Shown here in pieces: positions 50,620-62,700 of a stretch of DNA of 64,000 nucleotides; positions within the stretch are counted from its first letter, which is position 1, and every line of letters begins with the position of its first letter. The translations under genes were made by a program, and so were the position numbers. A model generated the notes under the pieces. The model was given only the letters and a program-made list of their open reading frames with translations, ran no database searches and was not told where the DNA came from. The stretch comes from Scyliorhinus canicula. Taxonomy: Eukaryota. The DNA is taken from positions 125,053,927 to 125,117,926 of the forward strand of contig NC_052151.1 of NCBI RefSeq assembly GCF_902713615.1, in the 5' to 3' direction.

Positions 50620-51559
50620 CAGAGCTATGGCGAGGTTTAGCTGAGTAACAAGCTTTAAAAATAGGCTTATAAAAAGCTAGGAAAAATGGAAATCCAGCAG
50701 ATTGGGAGAGTTGTAAAGAAAATAGGATGTAATAGTACAAAAAGAGAATATAAAACACTTTGAGCAATATCAAAGGTAAGAGCAAAAGTTTTATAAAGCT
50801 TTTAAAAGGAAGAGATGAGATCATTGCAATATATATTGACAGAGGAGGGAGGGAGAAGCCTTGACATCTCGTCGTCTGGAGACAGACTTACCACTGAAAA
50901 ATGTGCGGAGAATTTATGAAGATCTATGATCTGAGACAAAAGTGATTGAGCACTTGGACAAGTATTAGCAGATAAGAGAGAGAATGGTCCATAACTTCCT
51001 GGTTCACCAGCATCGCATTTAGTGTGTACCCCTATGATGTGCTGGAAATCCCTCTTGGAAGTTTCCACTTAAGGGTTTACCCGGCAATTGCCCAGAAGCA
51101 CGAACTACCTCTGGACAAATGCGCTAGGCTGGGAACCATCTGTCAGAAACGATTCAAATTGCTGACTTCGGACGATTCTTTCAGTTTTACCCTGATAATT
51201 ATTTTGAAAGAGTTAGAAGGAAAAAAAAAATCACTTCTAACTCCAGAGGAACTATTTAAAAAAAACCCAGACCCAGTCTCACATGGGACACGACCCGCCG
51301 GGGGGCTCAACACACCATCCCCATACTAGACTTGAGCCTCTCCCCCAGTTAGCCCCCCCCCTTCCAGGACTGACCCCTTCCCTCCAATTCCATAAACTTT
51401 ATAACTTACTTTCTCCCTGTAATTAGTCCCTTTAAACCTCCCCTTTACAGCAGTTACTGCCATAAAAAGGGGGAGTGACTTATCTCTCTGAGCCCAAGTT
51501 ATTCCATGACTATCCTGCCCCTGTCTCACCCAACCTGAGTGAGGAAGGTTGGGAAAGAC

Positions 51560-52140
51560 AGGGACTTAAGGAATTACAGCGCAGCTAAGTCTGGCAAGAG
51601 TGCCGATTCAATGAAGATTGCCACTTTGCAGAAGTTACGGACCTATGTGCTTCTGGTTCATTTCTGATTTAAGCCAGTTGAACATTTTGCATGGTGGATT
51701 GGCACGTGTCTACATGGACTTCCGGAAGACATTTGATAAAGGTCGGCATCAAAGATTATAGCAAAGATAAGTGTGCATGGAACAGGACGCAACCTTGTGA
51801 TTTGATAATGTGCTGGGAGGCAAAGGGCAGAGTAGGGATGAAAGGTTTGTTCTCTAATTGGCACCATGTGACAAGTGGTGAGGTCCAAATATGTGAACTT
51901 GGTCCTCCACTTTTACTTCACTCCTATTAATAATTTGGATGAAGGAATAGAGAGTTATGTGGCCTAATTTGCAGCTGACTCTAGTCCGATGGTACAGTTT
52001 ATGTGGATGGGAGCAAGATGTTGGATTGTGATATGGACAGGCTGAGCAGTTTACAGTGTATTCATTGTGAAGTTGTCCATTTTAATCTTGTGTTAGGCCA
52101 ATCAAAATATTCTCTTAGTTATAAAAGGCATGGAACTGTG
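51560..52140 (+). mobile_element. Degraded CR1 RT fragment
   Basis: tacatggacttccggaagacatttgataaaggt (YMDFRKTFDK), gtgacaagtggt, aatttgcagctgac. Confidence 0.7.
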
Positions 52141-52774
52141 GTTATTTACTCACGTACTAATTATTTTTACACTCAACGGCATTTAACAACATCTGCCACC
52201 CAGCCTTGCTAATTATTTCCATTAACCTAGTTTGGAAAAGACTATTCATATGGAAGTTTTTAAACATGAGTATTCCCATACTTCATCCACTTTTTTTTCA
52301 GTAACAGGAGGGATGGGAGGCTTGTTTCCTGGAACTCAGCAACTTTGTGCACAGGAAGTATTTTGGTCAAAATCTGTAGTAAGGCAAAAAACCTTCACCT
52401 GAACAAATAGGTTTTGACACTGACAGCTTGCTGAGAAGATTGATACTGGTATTTGTGATATTCTGCCGATTTGATGCCTGTTGACATATGTTGGGTTCCT
52501 GTCTTTAAAAATCTGGTTAGCCAAGGATCTGCTGGCTTTACCTTCAGACACTCTCCTTAGAAATGTCTTGCAATTACTCTGATATGAAAATTTTTCGTTT
52601 GGCCCCTTCAGTGTATCATTGAAAGAATATCCAGCATGTGACCCTTCTGAAGACTCATAATGAGGTTGATACTCTACTCAGCGTTTCTGAGTTACTTCAA
52701 CATAAACTGGGCGGCAATTGAGACACAATTGCCCTCAGTAGGGAAAAGGGGAAATCTTCCATGTTTCTGGTTAT

Positions 52775-53015
52775 GTGTAGCTCAACTGGCCGGACAGCTG
52801 GTTTGTGATGCAGAGCGAGGCTAACAGAATGGATTCAATTCCAGTACAGGCTGAGGTTATTCATGAAGCACCCCCCTCCTTCCCTCCGCCTTCTCAACCT
52901 TGCCCCTCGCCTGAGGTGTGGCGATCCTCAAGTTCAATAACCACCAGTCAGCTCTTCCCCTCAAAGGGGAAAGCAGCTTTTGGTCATCTGGGACTATGAT
53001 GACTTTATTTTTACT
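52775..53015 (+). mobile_element. tRNA-derived SINE of another family
   Basis: A-box-like TAGCTCAACTGG, B-box-like GGATTCAATTCC, tail GGGACTATGATGACTTTATTTTACTTTA. Confidence 0.6.
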
Positions 53016-54398
53016 TTACCTTTGCAACCGTAAGAGATCATTTGTGTTGATCCAGTAATTAAACTCTTGATTTGGCACTTTCGCAGCAGTTTTGTGTCTA
53101 TCAGTTGATATTGATGACTGATTCTGTAGTCTATAGTCTATCCTTGGGAAGCGATAAGCGGAATTGTCCATATTGAGATATTGGGAGTGAGCTGTGTGAT
53201 GAAAAAATATTGGCAAACTTGACACATATTTCAAGCCACTTAAATATAAGCAACTCTATCTTTTCTAAGTGATGTACATCAGTGTTAGATTTTTAAAGCA
53301 ATGACTGTCTCTCCCAATGAGTCTGCAACCAGTCTCGCCTAAAGCAATTATTCAACTAAAGGATGGTTGAAAAGTGCTCTCATTGTTGGGTAGCCTTTGC
53401 ACATGTAATACGTCTTGTATTCATGTAGACCAATCTACTCATAAATTCCTTTACTACCATTGTATGTTATTTTAAATTTGTTTATTCAATTCTGCATTCT
53501 AGTAAACGTTACTTGTATTTGTTGGGTATATATGGAATGGCAGAATTCAAGCGTGCCTCCAATGGGGCTGAGAAAATTCAGCTCCGAGTGTGAATCCCAA
53601 CGAGTAGGAGGCCCTGGAAAATTGCAAAAGAATAAACAAGTTCCAGTTCTTAAAAATAAAGATCCCTGAAATTGTTTTGCGAGTCTATTATTTTGAAGTG
53701 GCTTGGTATATATTTTCAAACAATTTTTCAATCTTTCTCATAATTTGCATCTGGTTCTAAATTTTTAACAGACTGAATGTGGTATTTTTAATGATTAACA
53801 GGTTACTGTTCTATCTTTAAGGACGTGTAAGAGGGATTTGTTAGCAGGATACTGGTTTCCATATTATTCTGAAATGTAAGTGCGAAGTGAGCATAAATAA
53901 TGAATGTTTCTGTTAGTGGATCTAAATGTTGGTGATTGTATTCTGCCATCTCAAGCAGATGTGGTACGAAAGGCACTGGGGATGTGAACGAACACTGGCT
54001 CCATGCTTGATCATAAATATCTGCTCCGCGTTGGATTTAATATAATTTACAGCAATTGCCACCCTGTGGATTATTTGCTTTTGTTGTGTGTGTACTCGAG
54101 GGCAAGGGACATTAGCATTGGGAATACCATTTTCACCCCCATTGTTTCAGGCGTGCTGTGTCAACGTTATGCACTCCCAGGTAACAATGAATAGCACAGG
54201 AACAAATTGCATCAACCTTGACTTTATCATGTCAGCAAGGAACTAAACCTGAAGGAAGATTTCCCATGTTTATTGTTGCAGAATTGAGTATGTTTTGGGG
54301 AATAGCACCATTTAAGGCTCACTGAATGTGTCATTGCCAAAAAGAAAATCCACATCTCAGATCTGTTTTGATATGCTCTCTGCATTTGAGCTAAGGAG

Positions 54399-54577
54399 TA
54401 TAATAATAATAATTGCTTATTGTCACAAGTAGGCTTCAATGAAGTTACTGTGAAAAGCCCCTAGTCGCCACATTCCGGCGCCTGTTCGGGGAGGCCGGTA
54501 CGGGAATTAAACCCGTGCTGCTGGCCTTGTTCTGCATTACAAGCCAGCTGTACAGCCCACTGTGCTAAACCAGCCCC
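54399..54577 (-). mobile_element. Short SINE, (ATT)n tail variant
   Basis: Same head and tail type as 15910-16100. Confidence 0.88.
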
Positions 54578-55833
54578 TACTTAATGCCATTTTAACACGT
54601 TGATGCCCTGGCAAGAATATTCATTGAGCACATGAAACAAATTTTAAAACCCTTCACTGAGTCTCCTCATCAGGCAACCATCTAACAAATCATCCACTAG
54701 TCAATGTCTAAATTTTGCTCATCAAACTGCTTTGTATAAACTAGCTAAATTATGTTTGTAATTACATTGCCAGACTCCCATCAGGAAGTGTAGAGCTACC
54801 AAATAGATGAATAAATACTTTATGATCAATTACTAAAAATGTCAGACAACAAAGTAATGAACTAACTATTGTTTATTCACCATAGAATCATAGTTTACAG
54901 TGGTGGAACACTGTGCAAGTAAATAATTAATAGATTGGGTTAATTGATAAACTAAATCAGTTAGAAAAGGTGTTGATTCCTGCCAAAGTAATTCAGTTTT
55001 GACTGATTGATGATTCCAAATATGTCCTTAAGACCAGTATTTGAGGTTAATGTACTTTGTGAGATTAATTTAGGACTCAACTGCTTGATAGTTGAGAGTA
55101 ACATTGTGGAACAAATTTGGACACTGAGACAGAAATAGATATTAGGATAGGTGACCAAAAGTTTGGCTAAAGAAATCTCAAAGGCTGGTAGTGATGGAGG
55201 AGATTACAGAAAAAGGGAGGGGCAAGGCCATGGGGGGAGCTGAAAACTAGGATGAGAATTTTAAAATTGATGTGTTGCCAGTCTGCGAACCAACGTAGAT
55301 CAGGCTTGATGAGCGATCAACATTGGTGCGAGTTTGGATATGGGCAGCAAAAGGTTGAGTCAACTCAAGTTGGATGTTGGGTGGAAGATGGTGACTGGCC
55401 AGGAGTGAAAATGTTGATTTATATAAAGATTCATGGTTTGATTAGAAGTAGCCCATTATTTTCATAACATTCAGTCTGACTGCAGATGAGGTCCCAAACG
55501 AGACCTGCTATGCTATTATGGTCTGGCAAAGGGAACAGTAACAACTGTAGTAAAATAGATATAATTTGATATCCTAGGGGAGATATAAAGCCACAAGATT
55601 CCATAGTTTTAAACAATTAGAAGAAATGTTTACAATACAAAGCAAGCAGTACTATTTAACTTGTACTCTTAACATTCAGAATTAACAGGAGGTAAAGGTG
55701 AATTTACAGACAAACTGTGGTTGAACACACCATAAACTGCACATTAAATGACAAACACCACCAAGACATATTCCACAAATTTTCTCAGCAAACCACTCTG
55801 ATATCGGTGACAACAGAGTCTATAAAACTCAAT

Positions 55834-56048
55834 GGTCGGGATTCTCTATTGCGAGTCTTCCTGGCTACTGCTGCTAATGAGGACTTGGGTACGCCATTTG
55901 CTGGTGGCAAAATTCTCTACTCCCGCAGCTTATCAATGGTATTTCCCAATGATGCCACCCCATGCCGCTGGGAAACCCATGGGTGGGGGTGTGCTGCCGG
56001 TGGGACTAGAACATCCCGCTGCCAGCAAATAGCCAAAGAATCCTGCCC
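55834..56048. mobile_element. Short Harbinger-like MITE
   Basis: GGTCGGGATTCT / AGAATCCTGCCC termini; TSD not clear. Confidence 0.55.
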
Positions 56049-56489
56049 TGTCTTTCTCATGGAATTTCTGCTGCTCACCTTCAAAGAGCGAATTTGATTC
56101 CCAGCCGACAGCAGTTCTACCCTACCCGAGTACCATGGATATCATCCTCACCAAAAGGCACTCCTGAGCCCAGTACCCATCATAGGCACATTGCCAGTTT
56201 GGCACCTGTCTGTAGAATCTTTCAAATGAATCTCAACCTTGACCAGACCTTAGTAAATTTCTCCATTGCAGGATCAGCACCATGGAAAATAACCTTGGGG
56301 CCCTTTCTCTCCAACAACCTTGCCTCATAAATCACACAAATAACCTTTACCCTCATTCCGGATTGCAGTTTCATGTATTTGACTGGAGGAATCAGTATGG
56401 AGACTCTGAAAGAGAACAAGTTCACTTCATCATATGTAACCAGGCCAGGAGGAAGGCTTTATAAGATTCTTCAAAAGGACAAAGAGCAA

Positions 56490-56715
56490 GGGCAGCACTG
56501 TGGCGCAGTGGATAGCACTGCTGCCTCACGGCGCCGAGGTCCCAGGTTCGATTCCGGCTCTGGGTCACTAACTGTGTGGACCTTGCACATTCTCCCCATG
56601 TTTGCATGGGTTTCACCCCCACAACTCAAAGATGTGCAGGTTAAGTGGATTGGCCACATTAAATTGCCCCTTAATTGGAAAAGAAAATAATTGGGTACTC
56701 CAAATTTATTTTAAC
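56490..56715 (+). mobile_element. A-tailed V-SINE variant
   Basis: Same structure as 1148-1376. Confidence 0.88.
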
Positions 56716-57024
56716 AAACAGCCAAATATTTCAAGTGCATTACAGAGTTTGAAAAAAGCCCCTGTATTGTGCCAATAAAGAAAATGCTGATTGGGTATAT
56801 CAAGAGAATTCTGACTTTTGTCCATTGTATGATTTCCAAATTATGCTTGTGAATAAATTAATATGAAATTGTGTTTTGAAAAACAGAAAACAACTGGTGA
56901 GGATCTTTGAACCAGCAGTAACTGAGTTCAAATGGAATGAATGTTTGCAAATCATTCTGCATGTTTTAAGCAAATAAAGATTGCATGCTCATATTCTCTC
57001 AGATACACATCTCAACCAATTAGT

Positions 57025-57120
57025 TGACAAGGGGTCATCAGGACTTGAAACGTTCGCTCTTTTCTCTCCCTACAGATGCTGCCAGATCTGCTGAGATTTT
57101 CCAGCATTTTCTCTTTTGTT
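57025..57120 (+). mobile_element. Penelope-like terminal fragment with degenerate hammerhead core and 13-bp TSD
   Basis: TGACAAGGGGTCATCAGGACTTGAAACG...ACAGATGCTGCCAGATCTGCTGAGATTTTCCAGCA; TSD TCAACCAA(T/C)TAGT at 57012-57024 and 57121-57133. Confidence 0.7.
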
Positions 57121-57885
57121 TCAACCAACTAGTCTCAGACACATTTATATCCACTTCAACATTGTTAAACCCTCTTTTCTAGTGTAAGCACTGTATGAGG
57201 CCATGATTAGGGTCCATGGGCTTTCACCTGCACTGATTCAAGTGGCCACTCTTCATACGTGAGCCCAGGCAGTGAGCTTTAAGATCACAGTGGTATTTTC
57301 AGTTCACATTCCAGTTGCAGTGTGACATTCCTTGCTCCTGCATTTTGTTCCCCCCCCCCCCCATGGTTGATGAAAAGGTATAAGTGGCAGATGCAGCAGA
57401 TACCCTTGGTGTTTCAGGAACTATTCTCCCACCACTCTTTTTCTTCTAAATTCTGGCATGCAGAGACTTTATAGTTAAGGCATTGTAGGGACTCTCAGAG
57501 ACACATCTGCGTGATTCAATGCTGTAGGTTACATGGGCATGGGGAAAATAAAACCCCTTCGGGTCACATGGTGCTGTGCAAGGACCCAAGTGCGAAAACT
57601 TGCAATCGATACCCTAGATTCTGGGCGTGGTGTTGGACCTGTAGAAATTAGTCTGCCTATCCTATTAGTCATGTTGTTTAACACCAAAGAGTGAAGTTTG
57701 CATTGCTAAAGACTATACTTGTGATTTCTTTGGCCTGTGTGTGAAAATGAACTAGACAAAGTTAAAGATATCCCCAGTGTCCCAAGTGAAGGGAGCCAGC
57801 CACACAAAAATTGAGGGACGTTGTAACTTTGACTGCCATTGGTAGAAATGAACATCAGAGACTGTATCTTCTTAAAAGTATCAAT

Positions 57886-58160
57886 CATGGCTCAGTGGTA
57901 ACAATCTGACCCCCTCTGAATTAGATGGTTGTGAATTTGTCCAGAGACTTGAACACATTATCCAGACTCATACTACAGTAGTCTGTTCTTTGAGACACTG
58001 TTTTTCAGATGAAACTTGCAACAAAAGCCCCATGTGCCCTCTCAGGTGGAGATAAAAAGACCACAAAACAAAATAGGCACAAAGCAGAATTCCATGTCGG
58101 TGGTGGGGCGACATGGATATTTGCAGCTGCAAGATTGCGAAAGGGCCACTTTGTTCTCAG
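57886..58160 (+). mobile_element. Degraded Deu-domain SINE
   Basis: TGGCTCAGTGG A-box; tttcagatgaaac...gccccatgtgccctctcaggtggagataaaaagacc resembles the Deu domain. Confidence 0.65.
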
Positions 58161-58181
58161 TGCCTGTAGGGGATGTGATAT

Positions 58182-58690
58182 GGGCGGCACGGTATCACAG
58201 TGGTTAGCACTGAGGCTTCACAGCGCCAGGGACCCGCGTTCGATTCCTGGCTTGGGTCACTGTCTGTGTGGAGTCTGCACGTTCTCCCTGTGTCTGTGTG
58301 GGTTTCCTCCGGGTGCTCCAGTTTCCTCCCATAAGTCCTGAATGAAATGAAATGAAAATCGCTTATTGTCACGAGTAGGCTTCAATGAAGTTACTGTGAA
58401 AAGCCCCTAGTCGCCACATTCCGGCGCCTGCCCGGGAGGCTGATACGGGAATCGAACCGTGCTGCTGGCCTGCTTGGTCTGCTTTAAAAGCCAGCGATTT
58501 AGCCCAGTGAGCTAAAGCAGCCCCTAGTTGGCCCCTAGTGCTTGTTAGGTGAATTGGACATTCTGAATTCTCCCTCAGTGTACCTGAACAGGTGCAGGAG
58601 TGACGCAACTAGGGGATTTTCACAGTAACTTCATTGCAGTGTTAATGTAAGGCTACTTGTGACAATAATAATGATTATTATTATTTTGAT
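58182..58690 (+). mobile_element. V-SINE with (ATT)n tail, interrupted by a minus-strand short SINE (58340-58524)
   Basis: Host stops at cataagtcctgaa and resumes at gtgcttgttaggtgaattggacattctg. Confidence 0.88.
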
Positions 58691-58854
58691 TATTATGTGT
58701 ATAAGGGACAGAATCTCAAAATTTGTAAATGACACAGAGGAGGAAGTTTGGCAACAGCAAGGAGAACAGTAAAACAATTTTAGAATGATGCGGTCAAAAG
58801 AGCAGAACAGGCAAATGAAGAGACAATACAATTTAATGTAGATAAAGAGGAAGT

Positions 58855-58947
58855 TGTATATATAAATCTATATATATATTATATATCACATACATATAAA
58901 ATATATATAATACAATATTATATATATATAAATATATACATATATAT
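58855..58947 (+). repeat. (TA)n-rich microsatellite
   Basis: Seen directly. Confidence 0.9.
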
Positions 58948-59745
58948 GGTGGCAAACAGGAATGGAATTACTTACTCACTGAATGCTGTGAATGAACTTC
59001 GACCTAAGGGTTCAAATTTATAATTAGTCGCAAGTACAGGTAGTAAAAACATTTTTAAAAAACAGTAACAATAGTGGAAGGGAATGTAAGTGCATAGTTG
59101 TAGCGTTTTCACAAGTGAATAGCAGATATTCAACAATTGGTAAGAACTAATCCCAGTTTCTAACTTTACTCATTTATTTTTTTCTGGTGGAGAATAAAGT
59201 TGTAATGCATAGTCCAAGTTTCTTTTCATTGAGTCCAAGAGAGTTCAATGCAAGAGGCTCCAAATAAGATGATGGCAGTGCCTGTGCTGACTTGTCAATG
59301 CATCAATGTTGATGCCTTTGCCAAGATCCTCTTATTTTTTTCCTTTTAGAATCATAGAATAGATTTCAAGTACTTTTCAATACTTTGCCAATTTTCTTTC
59401 AAATATTGTTGCCTTTATCCCTCAAGAACCATCTGTGGCAAAGCATTCCATTCTAATAACCCTGTGTCGTTTTTCTTTTAAGCTTCTCACTTTGTTCTTC
59501 CAGTGAGAATGCCCAATGTCTCTTTGTTACCAATTTGCCAACCAGTTTTAGAAACCTTAATTAAATCCACAGTTAATCTTCTCCATTAAGTGAAATATTG
59601 CTTTTTGGCAGCACACATCGTGGGAGCTTTCCTGGACTACCAGATGACAATATGATTTTTTTCCTGAAGGCTTCATGAAGTTTATTTATAATTGACATGT
59701 GGCTGGATTTTACAGCCCCTACTAGGCATGATTTTGGTGGGGGTC

Positions 59746-62700
59746 TGATGAGACCATCAATTCAAGCGACACGTGGTTAGAAGTGAACAGTGGTTTTAAT
59801 CGTCTTACAACAGAGCCTGCCTGTGATGAGATGAACTCTAGATGAACTGGCAGGCAGGCTCCGACTGCCAAGCTTTATGCAACCAGTGGGGGGGAGGAGT
59901 CATGGGCGGAGCCAAGGGTGGAGCCCAGTACAAACTTCCGTACATCCCCAGTACACCTCCCCCTAGGTGCAGAGCCGCGCAACTGCTCGTGTGCCGAGCT
60001 TACACAGGCATGGTACAACATGTGTGATAACAGTGTGAATTATGCTATTATGATTCACCACATTCACACCCTGTAAAAAAATCAAGTCCGGCGGGGGTGA
60101 TGGTTTACAGATTGAGCCTGTCCGGTGATCGAGTTGTCCGTTGTGATCGGCGGAGCACCGGGGTTGCAGTCTCTTCTGGTGGCTGGATGATCACGGTCGG
60201 TTGGGGTACGATGGTGGACTCCGTGGGTGATTCTGTCTGAGCTTCGTACCCATCTGGTTAGACTAGGGAGTGGGGGTGCTGGGAGCTTGCGGGTGTGGGC
60301 GCGTGAACGTGCGTAGCAAACTGGTAGGCGCTGCAAGTTGGGTGGGATGTAGTGTGAGGGGTACCTCGGCGGTGGTAGTGGTGGGGTTTGATCCTGCAGG
60401 CGCCAGGTCCCGGAGGGATACGGTGTCCTGACGGCCGTCAGGGTACTCTATGAAGGCGTATTGGGGGTTCGAGTGTAGTAGGTGTAGTAGGAGCACTTTT
60501 TCCACAAGCGGGTCAGTTTTGTGTGCCCTGACGTGCTTCCTGAGGAGCACTGGGCCTGGTGTCTTCAACCATCCCGGGAGCGAAACCCCGGTGGTAGTAC
60601 CCCTGGAAAAGACGAAGAGCCGCTCGTGAGGGGTCTGATTGGTAGCGGTACACAAGAGGGACCAAATAGCGTGGAGCGCGTCTGGGAGGACTTGTTGCCA
60701 ATGGGAGATCGGGAGATTCCTGGACCGGAGGGTCAGTAGGACGGTCTTCCAGACCGTTGCATTCTCCCTCTGCACCTGCCCGTTGTGCATGAGTCACAGA
60801 AGGTTGGTTTACAAGTGCAACAGGTGATTAAGAAGGCAAATGGAATTTTGTCCTTCATTGCTAGAGGGATGGAGTTTAAGACTAGGGAGGTTATGTTGCA
60901 ATTGTATAAGGTGTTAGTGCGGCCACACCTGGAGTATTGTGTTCAGTTTTGGTCTCCTTACTTGAGAAAGGACGTACTGGCGCTGGAGGGTGTGCAGAGG
61001 AGATTCACTAGGTTAATCCCAGAGCTGAAGGGGTTGGATTATGAGGAGAGGTTGAGTAGACTGGGACTGTACTCGTTGGAATTTAGAAGGATGAGGGGGG
61101 ATCTTATAGAAACATTTAAAATTATGAAGGGAATAGATAGGATAGATGCGGGCAGGTTGTTTCCACTGGCGGGTGACAGCAGAACTAGGGGGCATAGCCT
61201 CAAAATAAGGGGAAGTAGATTTAGGACTGAGTTTAGGAGGAACTTCTTCACCCAAAGGGTTGTGAATCTATGGAATTCCTTGCCCAGTGAAGCAGTTGAG
61301 GCTCCTTCATTACATGTTTTTAAGGTAAAGATAGATAGTTTTTTGACGAATAAAGGGATTAAGGGTTATGGTGTTCGGGCCGGAAAGTGGAGCTGAGTCC
61401 ACAAAAGATCAGCCATGATCTAATTGAGTGGCGGAGCAGGCTCGAGGGGCCAGATGGCCTACTCCTGCTCCTAGTTCTTATGTTCCCCCTGGGGTTATAG
61501 CTGGTAGTCCTGCTCGAGGCGATGCCCTTGTCGTGCAGGTACTGACGCAGCTCGTCGCTCATGAAGGACGAACCCCGGTCGCTGTGTACATAGCTGGGGA
61601 AACCAAACAGGGTGAAGATACTATGCAGGGCCCTGATGACTGTGTGGGAAGTCATGTCGGGGCACGGGATAGCAAAAGGGAATCGGGAGAACTCGTCGAT
61701 GACATTTAGTAAGTACACATTCTGGTTAGTCGAGGGGAGTGGCCCTTTGAAATCAATTGCGAGGCATTCAAAGGGCCAAGAAGCCTTGATCAGGTGGGCC
61801 CTGTCTGGTCTATAGAAGTGCGGTTTGCACTCCGCGCAGATCGGGCAATCCCTGGTGACGGCTTTTACCTCCTCGGTGGAGAAAGGCAGATTTTGGGCTT
61901 TATTGTAGTTGGCGAGCTGGGTGACCCCCGGGTGGCAGAGGTCATGTGGATGGCTTTTAAGCGGTCGCTCTGCGTGCTGGCGCACGTGCCACGGGACAGG
62001 GCATCTGGGGGCTCGTTGAGCTTCCCCAGTCGATACATAATATCGTATTTGTAGGTGGAGAGCTCGATCCTCCATCTCAGAATTTTATCATTTTTAATTT
62101 TGCCCCTTTGCGAGTTGTCAAACATGAAGGCAACCAATCTTTGGTCGGTGATGAGGGTGAACCTTCTACCTGCGAGGTAGTGCCTCCAGTGACGAATAGC
62201 CTCCACAATGGCTTGTGCTTCCTTTTCGACCGAGGAGTGTCAAAGTTCCGAAGCGGAGAGGGTTCGGGAGAAAAATGCGACTGGTCTCCCTGTCTGATTT
62301 AGTGTGGCTGCAAGAGCTACCTCTGAGGCATCGCTCTCATCCTGGAAAGGGACGGATTCATCCACCGCCCGCATGACCGCTTTGGCGATGTCCTCCTTGA
62401 TGCAGTTGAAGGCCTGAAGGGCCTCAGCTGACAGGGGAAATAGTGTGGCCTTAAAGAGTGGGCGGGCTTTGTCCGCATATTGAGGGACCCACTGGGCATA
62501 ATATGAAAAGAACCCGAGGCACCGTTTGAGGGCCCTGGGACAATGAGGGAGTTCTAAGAGTCCGGGTCGGGGCCCAGGACTCCGTTTTCCATGACATAGC
62601 CGAGGATGGCTAGTCTGGTTGTGCGGAAAACGCATTTCTCCTTGTTGTACGTGAGATTAAGCTTCTGGGCCGTCTGGAGAAATCGATTGAGGTTGGCATC

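Noticed and set aside
50156-50824. Long overlapping ORFs (up to 222 aa) in GC-rich patches, also at 5.0-6.3, 17.5-18.2 and 32.2-33.9 kb
   Set aside because: They lie in MITEs, are open in several frames on both strands because of GC content, and show no recognisable domain.
55440-56360. Possible further solo LTR
   Set aside because: Weak resemblance to the 6938 family, but termini and TSD could not be defined.
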